From contig NC_090383.1 in NCBI RefSeq assembly GCF_036365525.1, positions 3,207,112 through 3,271,111 of the forward strand: a DNA stretch of 64,000 nt. Direction: 5' to 3'. Every line of letters begins with the position of its first letter. Position 1 is the first letter of the stretch. Made by a program: the position numbers and the translations under genes. Of this stretch, positions 35,260-46,859 are shown in pieces. Under the pieces are notes generated by a model, which was not told the origin of the DNA, did not search any database, and worked only from the letters and a program-made list of their open reading frames with translations. The DNA is from Heterodontus francisci (lineage: Eukaryota).

Positions 35260-37125
35260 TCTACAACGAGTAACTTGCCTCCTAACTCCCCAATGCCTGT
35301 CCACCATCTACAAGGCACAAGTCAGGAGTGTGATGGAATACTCTCCACTTGCCTGGATGGGTGCAGCTCCAGCAACACTCAAGAAGCTCGACACCATCCA
35401 GGACAAAGCAGCCCGTCCACAAACATTCACTCCCTCCACCACTGGCGCACAGTGGCAACAGTGTGTACCATCTACAAGATGCACGGCAGCAACGCACCAA
35501 GGCATCCTTGAAAGCAGCTGACAATATTCCAGCAATAGTACTGAAGACCTGTGCTCCAGAACTTGCTGCACCCCTAGCCAAGTTGTTCCAGTATAGCTGC
35601 AACACTGGCATCGACCTGGCAATGTGGAAAATTACCCAGGTATGTCCTGTACACGCAGCAGGACAAGTCCAACCCGGCCAATTACCGTCCCATCAGTCTA
35701 CTCTCAATCATCAGCAAAGTGATGGAAGGTGTCATCAACAGTACCATCAAGCAGCGCTTGCTTAGCAATAACCTGCTCAGTGACACCCAGATGGGTTCCG
35801 ACAGGGCCACTCAGCACCTGACCTCATTACAGCCTTGGTTCAAACATGGACAAAAGAGCTGAACTCGAGGTGAGGTGAGAGTGACTGCCCTTGACATCAA
35901 GGCAGCATTTGACAGAGTATGGCATCAAGGAGTCCTGGCAAAACTGGAGTCAATGGGAATCGGGGAAAACCCTCTGCCGGTTAGTCATACCTAGTGCAAA
36001 GGAAGATGGCTGTGGTTGTTGGAGGTCAATCATCTCAGCTCCAGGGCATCACTGCAGGAGTACCTCAGGGTAGTGTCCAAGGCCCAACCATCTTCAGCTG
36101 CTTCATCAATGACTTTCCTTCAGTCATAAGGTCAGAAGTGGGCATGTTCACTGATGATTGTACAATGTTCAGCACCATTTGCGACTCCTCAAATACCGAA
36201 GCAGTCCGTGTAGAAATGCAGCAAGACCTGGACAATATCCAGGCTTGGGCTGATGAGTGGCAAGTGACATTCACGCCACACAAGTGCCAGGCAATGACCA
36301 TCTGCAACAAGAGAGAATCTAACCATCTCCCCTTGACATTCAGTGGCATTACCATCGCTGAATTCCCCCACTATCAACATCCTGGGGCTACCATAGACCA
36401 GAAACTGAACTGGAGTAGCCATATAAATACCATGGCTACAAGAGCAGGTCAGAGGCTAGGAATCCTGCGGCGAGTAATTCACCACCTTCCGTCCGGTTTC
36501 ATTCCTTTTTATTGACTTCATAGCGGTTAGGTACAACTGAGTGGCTTGCTAGGGCATGTAAGTGTTAACCACATTGCTGTGGGTCTGGCGTCACATGTAG
36601 GCCAGACCAGGTAAGGACAGCAGATTTCCTTCCCTGAAGGACATTAGTGAACCTCCAACTCCAGCAACACTCAAGAAGCTCGACACCAACCAGGACAAAG
36701 CAGCCAGCTTGATTGGCACACCATCCACATTCACTCCCTCCACCACCGACGCACAGTGGCAGCAGTGTGTACCATCTACAAGATGCACTGCAGCAATGCA
36801 CCAAGGATCCTTAGACAGCACCTTCCAAACCTGCGACCTCTACCACCTCGAAGGACAAGGGCAGCAGATGCATGGGAACACCACCACCTGCAAGTTCCCG
36901 TCCAAGTCACACACCAGCCTGGCTTGGAACTATATCGTCGTTCCTTCACTGTCGCTGGGTCAAAATCCTGGAAATCCCTTCCTAACAGCACTGTGGGTAT
37001 ACCTACCTTACATGGACTGCAGCGGTTCAAGTAGGCAGCTCACCACCACCTTCTCAAGGGCAATTAGGGATGAGTAATAAATGCTGGCATTGCCAGCAAT
37101 GCTCACATCCCATGAATGAATAAGA
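35260..37125 (+). mobile_element. Rearranged CR1/L2-group LINE (RT and 3' end) with an inverted SINE piece at about 36500-36655
   Basis: LKTCAPELAAPLAKLFQYS, NPANYRPISLL, DIKAAFDRVWH, GVPQGSVQGP, MFTDDCT; further 3' fragment at 34040-34295. Confidence 0.85.
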
Positions 37126-37588
37126 GAAACAGATTTGTGTTGCTTAGTATTTTGAATTTTTTAGTCAGGTTATTTATAAAGTTATTCAGAACACTGTAGA
37201 CATTTGAGAACTAACAAATTGAATGGATTTACTCCTGAGATACATACATATATATCTGCATGTATAAGTGTTTGTACATAATATATATTTGAGAATATTT
37301 GCTATTTAGAGCTGTGTTGGATCTGACTCAATACTGCATATAGTCATAAAAGTCAACGGTGTAAGAGCTAATCTTCAAGAGGGTAATTTCTGAGTGTTCA
37401 GCAGTTGTCCAAATTGTTTTTTTTCTGTGAAGGAATGATCTGCTTTGAGCCAAAGCAAGATAACTCTTTTCAGCCTGTTGTGACACAAGAACTTGTTTTT
37501 TTTCCTGTTTTGATAGATAGTTAACTGCAAAATGAATTGGCTATAAGAAACTAAATGATTTTTTTCCTTTTTGTCCCACTTTGTATAG

Positions 37589-37699
37589 TTTGTAAAGTGT
37601 GGCTATGCTGGCTCCAACTTTCCGGAGCACATCTTTCCGGCGCTGGTGGGTCGCCCCATCATCCGTTCCACTGCCAAAGTTGGGAATATTGAGATTAAG
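37589..37699 (+). CDS. ACTR2: ACTR2 exon 2 ([37 protein letters not shown])
   Basis: tag|...|gtaagg; 111 nt, in frame. Confidence 0.98.
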
Positions 37700-39845
37700 G
37701 TAAGGCTTTGGAAAGCTATGCTGTTAATGTAATGTCACTACATTTTTCCTAACCCATTTTATTCCATTGTGAACAGTATATGTATTGGATCCTTGCATGT
37801 TTTTGATCATTCTTTCAGTATAATGAACTGAAGGTAAAAACTAATCTTTCTTTTTTAATAGTAATACATACCTTACAAAAAAAAGTCAGCTTTTCTCTAT
37901 GTTTGCACTCTTTCAGTCTTTTAAAATAGAAGCATTTAAATCACGTGTAATTGTTCTGTACAGATTATATAGATATACAGACTTTGTAAATGTCAAATGT
38001 TTATAAAGCCAAATTAAGATAAAAGGCCTTCACTTTTTGAGCTCTGGTATTAATTGCTAGACTTGACTATCGAAAATACACTACGGAAATAAATGTTTTA
38101 AGTGCTATTTCAAATTCATGCATTAGAAAGGGAGATTAAATACCAATGACCAAAACTGCAATGTCTTCAGTAAAGTTTTTTTTGAATGTGAGTAAAAAAA
38201 GTTTCTTCACTTTCCTTCTTTCCTCTCCCCCCATTCTCTGTCTTCCCACTCATTTTGGGTGAGGAGATAAACAGTCAGTCTTCTCTGAACTCCATCAATG
38301 TCATTCTGAGCGACCTGTTCAGAGAGACATTACAGTAGTTGAGGAATTACTTGGTTTCTGATTGTCAGCCCATACTTTAAGCCACCTCTACGTGAAATAG
38401 ATTGTTTATAAAATATTGCAGGGTTAATTAAACATAGTTTTTCGTTGGATAGTGAAGCAAGTGTTGATGCATGGAATGGATTAAATCAGAAGTGAAACAA
38501 TTTTTAGAAAATTTTGTCTTTTATCGGAGGCAATTTTTAAATATTTGCAATAAAAGATTCCTGACATTCATTAACTGGGTGGAAGAGGGTGAGTGTTTTT
38601 CACAGGTATTTGAAATGCCAGCAACTTCAAATATTTTACTCTTTCATGGCAGTTTGCAGCTTAATTCTAGTAGGTATAATCTGGGCAATCCTCACTGGAC
38701 AATATAACTGTAGTCCTGATCTAGATTTAACGCTAGGACTTGTGAGTTAAAGTTTGGTCTTTTTGGCATGGCAATCTTAAGAGCTGTGGATGTTTTGACT
38801 GAAAATGGTCTTTCAAGTGACAGCTAACCAAAGGGAACTGTTTTATTTTCGATGTGATTGCCAGTTCCAAAGCCAATAACGAGATCCATGAGGAAAGGAA
38901 ATATGTAAGCTTAAAAGTATTTAGTAATTAAGAGGAAGAAATCCAAATAGGTGTAGCTTGCACATTAAGGAAAGGAAGAAATATGAGGTGAGAAGTTAAG
39001 TGTTTACTGTTTAATTTTTTTTTAATTGTAGAGGGTTAATGTTATAGTGATAGTTACTTTATTGCTGGAATATAGGCTTTGAAACAATATTAGTATGAGC
39101 TGAAAGTTTAAAGGCTGAGGGTGATTAAAATTCCCTTGAGCTGCTGATGCACTAAGGGTTAAATATTTCCTAAATTTAATCACTCTTGGCAATATCTTTT
39201 TTCTGGTGATTTTTCATTCCCTGGCAGCATGAAACGTGCATCGATGATGGTAATATTTGCAAACCAGGAACATTATAAGCAGCACTTGCAATCAATAGGG
39301 CCAAAAAGTTGAGCAACTTAGCTTGTTCAGAAGTTTCTCACAAAATGAGATATTTTGTCCCCCATTTGAAATCTGGAATAGTCATGTAAATAATGGCCAA
39401 GACAGCAATTCAGATTCTGTTTTAGTTCCAGAGAGTCAGATAAGATAATGGAAAGGATTGTTCTGTGGAACACAAAAGCACAATATCATTTACTTCAACT
39501 ATAAGTTAAATTGTATGTGATTTGAGAGAAATGTAAAAATCCATCAGTGTATGACAGTGTTGATTCTATACCATTTAGAAAAATAACTTTTGTTTTTATT
39601 ATTGCAGTACTAAGTTGCTCTTGATACAGCTTGCAAAACACTATAATGTCCTGAGTAACTTGCTTTATAAAGAATGAGGCTGAACAGAGCCATAGTTTTT
39701 TTGCTGTAAGTTAGACTGTTCCACAATTGATGGGGAGGTTCCTCAAAGTTCTGTCATTTTCTTTTAATTTTGGAAGGCACTTTGGATCTTTGAGTTCCGG
39801 GAGTGATATTTTCACTCAGACCTTTTCTGACCTTTGTTTTTACCT

Positions 39846-39876
39846 TCTCTCTCTCTCTCTTTCTCTCTCTCTCTCC
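39846..39876 (+). repeat. (CT)n microsatellite forming the microexon polypyrimidine tract
   Basis: Directly visible. Confidence 0.9.
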
Positions 39877-39893
39877 TTCACCTGTTGAAGTAG

Positions 39894-39908
39894 AATAACA
39901 AAAAGATG
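39894..39908 (+). CDS. ACTR2: ACTR2 alternative 15-nt microexon (NNKKM)
   Basis: (CT)n tract, then tag|AATAACAAAAAGATG|gtaagt. Same peptide as the insert in the long human ARP2 isoform; phase 0/0. Confidence 0.92.
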
Positions 39909-42074
39909 GTAAGTAAGTTGTTGTAGTGTGGCGTGTTCATTTTTTCATTTCATTTTATTTTGGTATTGCAATCAAATCATCCAAACTTTGCATTGAAATA
40001 ATTCCTTTTGTTAACATTCTGCAATTTTTTTTTTTACTTCTAACAAGACAGCATTTTGTAGATTGCTGTTCCCTCTTATGCTGGAAAGTTAACTCGTCTA
40101 TTCTATTCAAATTTTAAATGCACGGAATTTGTATTGGCCGAGTGTTGGTGGATAGGTGCATTGCATCAGAGTGATAGAACACAGTCACATGTTACTCACA
40201 CAGCAAATTGCTGATCTTTCCGGGCCATTTGGGGCAGTTGCTAGGTGGAGACCAGATGTAGATGGTAGGGAAAATCATGGATATACCACCCATTGCAGTT
40301 GCATATCCCCTCAAATGCTGCTTACTGAAGAGAATTTGAAAAGGGCTTGGCATCATTAGGCAGAATGATTAGTCATTCAGCTGTGGAATGTTGTGTTGGG
40401 AATTTGCAGGGGTGTGGTGGGCACATAGAGGAGAGTCAAATCATTTTTCTTGAAGTTGAAAACTACTTAAACTAAGCTGTATAATCCAACACGTAAAACA
40501 AATTCAAGAATCTCAAGCATGTGTAAAATTCAACGAGTTGAGATTAAGGTATTTTACATTGAAAAGTGGTTGTTTTAAGATTAATGAGTGTTTATGCAAT
40601 GTCAGTGCACTAATAAAATGATGTAATAAAAGCCTTGTATAATCTCTGCCAGGCAAGTGTCATGGAGCCAAGGAGCTTATTCAAACAGTTAAGGAAAATA
40701 GGGGGGCTGGTCAATCTGAGTCATGGCCTGATCCTCCCTCCTGGCCACTTGCAGGCCAGAAACCCCAGAATAAGCAATAGGGCATGGAACGGGCTGACTT
40801 ACAAGAGGTGGGTGGGGGGGGGGGGGGGGTGGTCACTAAATATCTGTAGAACTTGCACACTTAGACACCCCCCGCCCCCCAGGATTTTATAGTAACTGTT
40901 AAAAACATTGTTAAATTCTGTTCTTGGTCAGGCTCCTGAGTAGGGTATGTAATGGGAATGATGATTTTCTGTGTTTAAAAATTTCAGTATGTCTGTTTAG
41001 ATTTTCAGTGTTTCACATTACAGCATGAATTTGCCACAATATCTTTATTTTGCTTTGAAGCATGTATTTGAACTAAAATTACCCATGTTTGTGTGTATGT
41101 AGGTAATAGCATTTAGTTGGTTGGGACTTAAAACTAACACTGTTCTACTGGAGGCAAACACTTTGCCCATTCATTCAGTGACAATGGAATGTGGCTGATC
41201 AGGTGCAGCAATTGATGAATTCCTGTATGAACGCATATTCACTTTGCCTTGCACCAACAAGCAAGAAGTGTGTGTATTTTATCTGAAACCTCTACTGCAC
41301 ATTTGTGTACAGTATGTTTGAATCTTGCATTAGTGATGTATGTTTTTTGAAAAGGCACTTTAATGCTCTTGCTTACTGGACAGTTCTTTGATATTAATTT
41401 CCAGAATTGAATGTGTTTGTCTACCCAAGACTGCATATATTTAATGGATCTTTTCAAAATCTGATGAATGTTTAGTTCATCAATTTTATCAGAATCCAAG
41501 TTGAAATCTGACTAGGGTTTTGATTGTGTGCTCACTCTTTGGGCATGACGTGCTTTCTACTTTACGCTAGTCAGCATTTGGACATTTATCAGCATCCAGT
41601 GAACTGTCTGAGCATGACTAGTCTGAGGTATTGCATTGCTAATTTCTAGTTACTGTACTGTGCTCCCACGTAGAGAAAACCTTTTGTACAAGCTTTGTGC
41701 AAACTGCCTTCAGCAAATATCTATGTATACAGTGTGCTAAGTATCTTATCTAGTTCCTGTCAGGTGGCTGTACCAGTGGCGAGTGCAAAACCTGACTTTC
41801 AAGCTGTTTGGATAGAGAACAATTAATTTTTTTAAGAAGGGAATTTGTTCAATATTCTTGCCTGTCTTTCAGAGGTGTTCTGTTGTGGAATAGCTCTGTT
41901 GCACAAGAGCCTTGCATTTCTTCATTTCTTTTTGTTCTTGCTCTAGCTGTGCAGTGTCTCTGCCTTAGCCCTTCCCGAGACACCCAGAAGGAGCACAGTT
42001 GTGTAGGATATAATAGTTCAATGCCATATACCTTCCCTCCTTTTAACTTCTGTTTTCTATGCAATTGTATTTCA

Positions 42075-42600
42075 CAGAATCACAGAATTGTTACAGTACA
42101 GAAGGAGGTCATTTGACCTGTCGTGTCTGAGCTGGCTTTCCAAAAGAGCAATTTACCTAGTGTTACAGCTCTGCACATTCTTCCTTTTCAGCTAACAATC
42201 CAATTCTCTCTTGAATGCCTCGATTGAACCTGCCTCATCACACTCAGACTGCATTCCAGGTCCCAAACGCTCGCTGCATGAAAAAGTTTTTCCTTGTGTT
42301 ACTATTGCTTCTTTTGCCCATTACCTTAAATCTGTGCCCTCTTGTTGTCGATCCTTCCACCAATGGGAACAGTTTTTCCCTATCTACCCTGTCCAGACCC
42401 CTCATGGTTTTGAATACCTGTCAAATCACCTCTCGGCCTTTTCTCCAAAGGAAACAGTCCTAACTTCTCCAATCTATCCACGTAACTGAAGTTCATCATC
42501 CCTGGAACTATTCTTGTGAACCTTTTCTGAACTCTCTCCAATGCCTTCACATCTTTCCTAAAGTGTGGTGCCCAGAACTGGACACAATACTCCTGTTCTG
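42075..42600 (-). mobile_element. CR1 LINE 3' end
   Basis: EYCVQFWAPHFRKDVKALERVQKRFTR; tcacagaatcacagaa tail. Confidence 0.85.
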
Positions 42601-42659
42601 GTCCAGTGTTGTATGCAGGTTTATCATAACTTAAAATCAAAACTACTTGTCCCAGTTTG

Positions 42660-42930
42660 CAGGAGCTTGTAAACTGAGGCCAGATGAGTACTCAACTAAC
42701 AGCTACAGGTTCTGAGAATATATTTCTGTGATATCATTGCGTGAAGAGTTGAGCAATCTCAACCAGGACAACTGTAGGGACATTGGAGTTGGTCTCAGCG
42801 TCTCTAGGCAAGGGATGGAGAAAAATGGGCGAGCGATTCTCTCATTCGTTATCATCAAGCAGTCCCCGCTGAAGCTTAAGAATGCAGGGATAGTGAGGAT
42901 TAGACTTGGCTTCGATAGTCGTTAGGCTGA
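42660..42930 (+). mobile_element. Ancient LF-SINE-like element
   Basis: Degenerate similarity to 28865-29240 (ttggtctcagcgtctctaggcaagggatggagaaaaat...gtgaggattagacttggct). Confidence 0.45.
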
Positions 42931-43792
42931 TTAAATTGCTTGTTAAAAACCTTTTTGTCTTAATTATAAAAGGTTTCTTGTGGGTATTGTGCCTGTTCTG
43001 TAACATAGATCGGTGTCTGGGTGAAAAGGGAAGAATAAATGGGAAGTAAAGCATAGAAGTTGAGAACATTACTTTTTAAAATTAATCTTAATATACCTGT
43101 ATGATACTAAAATAATTCAGATATTTTGTGCATATAATTTAGAGTATTTTGGTTAATCAGCTTTAGGATTAATATTTTGGATTGATTAACAGCTTTTATA
43201 ATGAGTTTAGTGCAGTTGTAGCCTTTTCTCCTAACTGATTTACTAACATCCTTCTTTCACCATCTCTTCCATTATAATATTCCGACCATTATAATACTCT
43301 GACCCATGCTTGGACATTGTCATCTTCTATGGTTTCTCTATTCCTATGGTCTCTATCTTCAACCGTTATCGTATCTTTCACTACCCACAGATCTTTACCC
43401 CATTCCAACCGCATTTCCCTGGAACATACTCTCGGATATCATTCCTCGCGCTTTCAAAACTGCACTCATCACCCGATTCTAAGAAAATCTCTTCAGACCT
43501 CTGTGCTTGCAAATTAGCACTACTTTCCTTTCCAAAGTTCCTGATTGTGGAAGTTTCTTGGTTTCCAGTTTTTTGAGAGATGAAATGATGCTGATAACGC
43601 TTTACTAAGCAAGTTAATTCAACCAATAACTTGCCTAATGCAGTTTTATTTTGCTATATTTCCTTAAAATTCTTGTTTTCAGTATTTTTTTAAATTTTAT
43701 TTTGTTGAAGTTGGGCTTTCTTACCCTTCTATTGAACAATGCTGATCGCTGTCTCATTCTGAAATTTATTATCTTTCATTTTCCCTTCACAG

Positions 43793-44008
43793 GATCTCAT
43801 GGTGGGCGATGAAGCCAGTGAATTGCGTTCTATGTTGGAGGTTAACTATCCTATGGAAAATGGCATTGTTCGAAACTGGGATGACATGAAGCATCTGTGG
43901 GATTACACGTTTGGCCCTGAAAAGCTAGATGTAGACTCCAGGAATTGCAAGATTCTTCTGACTGAACCACCAATGAACCCTACAAAGAATAGAGAGAAGA
44001 TAATAGAG
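43793..44008 (+). CDS. ACTR2: ACTR2 exon ([24 protein letters not shown]...NREKIIE)
   Basis: cag|...|gtaaga; 216 nt. Confidence 0.98.
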
Positions 44009-45229
44009 GTAAGAATGTTAGTTGAGAGAATCTGATTTTGTTGTAGACTTGGACTTCATGAAGACAGGAAAAACAGTTGACTTATTTTAGAGGCTGTTTT
44101 TCTGCCTCTGTCCCTCTTGCAGTTGTCAGAGCAATAAGTACCCAGCCTGAATCAGACACACTTGGCTCTGCTTACAATTGCAGTAAGACTTTTGTTCAAT
44201 ATCTCAAAATATTTTTACATATCTGCCAATTAGAATCCTGTCAAGGTGAAAAGGAAGATCAGTTGTTTACAGTAGTTTGACAAAAGTGCTGCTATGTTTC
44301 TAACATTTAAACTGTAGACTAGAGGAAGATGAACAAATTATTTTTCAGCTCCACTGGACAGTTTAAACTCTTCAAAAAATCTTGTGCTTATGTGCTGACT
44401 TTTTTCTTTAAAAAATGCTTAAAATGAGTCAAATGTAGTGCTGGGAGGAGGGTGAGGTGGAGAGGCTGGATGAAAGAGCATGGCACATTCCACTCAAGCA
44501 ATTTGGTAAGATGACCAAGATGAGCTGAGAGACAGTTTTCCAATGGAAAACCTTGTTTACAGGCATCTGAAATGGGCTCATTTGTTTTGTTCATTTAAAA
44601 GAGAATTTCATTCCAGATTCAGGTTGCTGGTTGATACAATCTCTGCCTGTTAACTTGTTCCAAATTTATGATTATGAAATTTAAACTAATTGGGTCGACC
44701 TGTGGAAAATAGTGACGTGGCAATTTTTGTGCGTGTGATGAGTAATAGCCTGTGTAGACAGTTAATCTGGAGGGTCTGCCTGAGGGGATCTGGAATGTAA
44801 ATTACTGCTGGTTTGTACTGGTGGGTACCATGGCAATGGGATTCTGGAGGTGGTCTTGGTTGTACCACTGCAGACTCAGTTTATTCATCCTGGCAAAAGG
44901 AGGTTGGAATTCTCTGAAATTAGATCTGTTTGCTCTGAAATCTGCCTGAGTTTACTAGTCTCTGATAGTAAGCTTGAGAGCAGTGTATTATGGTGTTGGG
45001 TATTGTTAGTCTTTGTGATGCATATTTACCCACATAACCTGTTGATTACACGATTATCATGTATTCTGTATTCTCTGGTACAAAATTGTACAGTGAAAAT
45101 AGTTTGCAATTTAGTAGTTTAATTTAGTTTAGAAACTGAAAATAAAACTCATCAATGCTATGACAGGATCAGCACTGTAAATTTGGCTGTTTTCCACGCT
45201 AAGCTTGCCAGTGCTCACTTATTCTAAAA

Positions 45230-45955
45230 TTCTTTTGGGCCTCCTTATCTCGAGAGACAATGGATACGCGCCTGGAGGTGGTCAGTGGTTTGTGAAGCAG
45301 CGCCTGGAGTGGCTATAAAGGCCAATTCTGGAGTGACAGGCTCTTCCACAGGTGCTGCAGAGAAATTTGTTTGTTGGGGCTGTTGCACAGTTGGCTCTCC
45401 CCTTGCGCCTCTGTCTTTTTTCCTGCCAACTACTAAGTCTCTTCGACTCGCCACAATTTAGCCCTGTCTTTATGGCTGCCCGCCAGCTCTGGCGAATGCT
45501 GGCAACTGACTCCCACGACTTGTGATCAATGTCACACGATTTCATGTCGCGTTTGCAGACGTCTTTATAACGGAGACATGGACGGCCGGTGGGTCTGATA
45601 CCAGTGGCGAGCTCGCTGTACAATGTGTCTTTGGGGATCCTGCCATCTTCCATGCGGCTCACATGGCCAAGCCATCTCAAGCGCCGCTGACTCAGTAGTG
45701 TGTATAAGCTGGGGGTGTTGGCCGCTTCAAGGACTTCTGTGTTGGAGATATAGTCCTGCCACCTGATGCCAAGTATTCTCCGAAGGCAGCGAAGATGGAA
45801 TGAATTGAGACGTCGCTCTTGGCTGGCATACGTTGTCCAGGCCTCGCTGCCGTAGAGCAAGGTACTGAGGACACAGGCCTGATACACTCGGACTTTTGTG
45901 TTCCGTGTCAGTGCGCCATTTTCCCACACTCTCTTGGCCAGTCTGGACATAGCAG
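45230..45955 (-). mobile_element. Young 5'-truncated RTE-clade LINE with uninterrupted ORF end
   Basis: Stop-free AMSRLAKRVWEN...LLYGSEAW...RLRWLGHVSRM...HSRRCFTNH; same family as 14270-14708; CpG-rich. Confidence 0.93.
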
Positions 45956-46388
45956 TCTGGACACTCTGGTTGTAAATGCCTGTGAGCATAGCAGCGAACC
46001 AGAATAGGCGCTATTGTTTGCTATTTGATGCACATGTCATGAGCAATGCGACGCTGAGTTTTTTGCCTGATTGCTTTCAATATTCAAGGAGGGAAGCCTG
46101 TACTGATTTGTGTTCCAGTCTAAGAGAGCCTGTCAAATGCTTAGTGAAATGCAGGTGAAACCTAGATGTACTATTTAGGGGGCTGATTGTTAGGGGCACC
46201 CAGACAAGAGCCGAGATGCCAGTCTCCTTGACCAGAGCAATCCAACCCCAGACCATGATCCTTGCTAGCTTCCTGATTCACCAGGGCTAAGGTGCAGGAG
46301 CGGTGATAGTCGATGAAAATGAAACCTGATTACTTCACTGGTCACTGTTGTGAGCATATTGCAGAGTTCTCCTCAGTGTCACTCCAGC

Positions 46389-46859
46389 TAAAGGCCTGCT
46401 CAGGTCTGGAAAAAAAACCCAACCCGGCCCAAGTTCTTCCATTTTTTCCCGCACCCGACCACCGGAATGTTCATTTTCTCCAGTTGACAGCATTCGTTTT
46501 ACATCCATAGTGCACTCGCTGTACTTAACACTTTTGGATGGGTGAAATGGAAGGAAGCTGCAGCATGAGCGCGATGACATCATCGAGGCGTTCACTGCAC
46601 AGACTGAGTCTGGAGTCCGGGTGCACGTTTCCCTCCTTGACATCCTGGACTCCCAGCTCAGGCAGGCTTTTCAAATTTTGATGCTTACTTACTCAACTTC
46701 CCTTTTCCTCCCAGCAGAACAAAAGGTAGTACTGTGTGTGTTGACCTGGACCCGGACCAACCCGACCTGAGCCCAAAAGTCGGACCCAGAAGAGCGACTT
46801 GACCCGAACCCAACACGTCATCGGGTCCCGTCGGGTTCCGGTCGGGTAGCAGGCCTTTA
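46389..46859. mobile_element. hAT-type MITE
   Basis: Perfect 12-bp TIRs TAAAGGCCTGCT / AGCAGGCCTTTA; perfect 8-bp TSD ACTCCAGC (46381-46388, 46860-46867). Confidence 0.92.

Noticed and set aside
40539-40552. TTGAGATTAAGGTA identical to the exon 2 end and donor (possible duplicated exon)
   Set aside because: The match is only about 14 nt, and upstream sequence has no coding similarity to exon 2.
43241-43390. Perfect TACTAAC followed by about 140 nt without AG (distant branch point or cryptic exon)
   Set aside because: The pyrimidine-rich stretch and following sequence resemble a decayed sense L2 LINE (cf. 15390-15480); no convincing exon or donor follows.
45282-45989. 235-aa ORF as a host gene
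   Set aside because: It is the C-terminal part of an RTE ORF, 5'-truncated, with no RT catalytic core or promoter.
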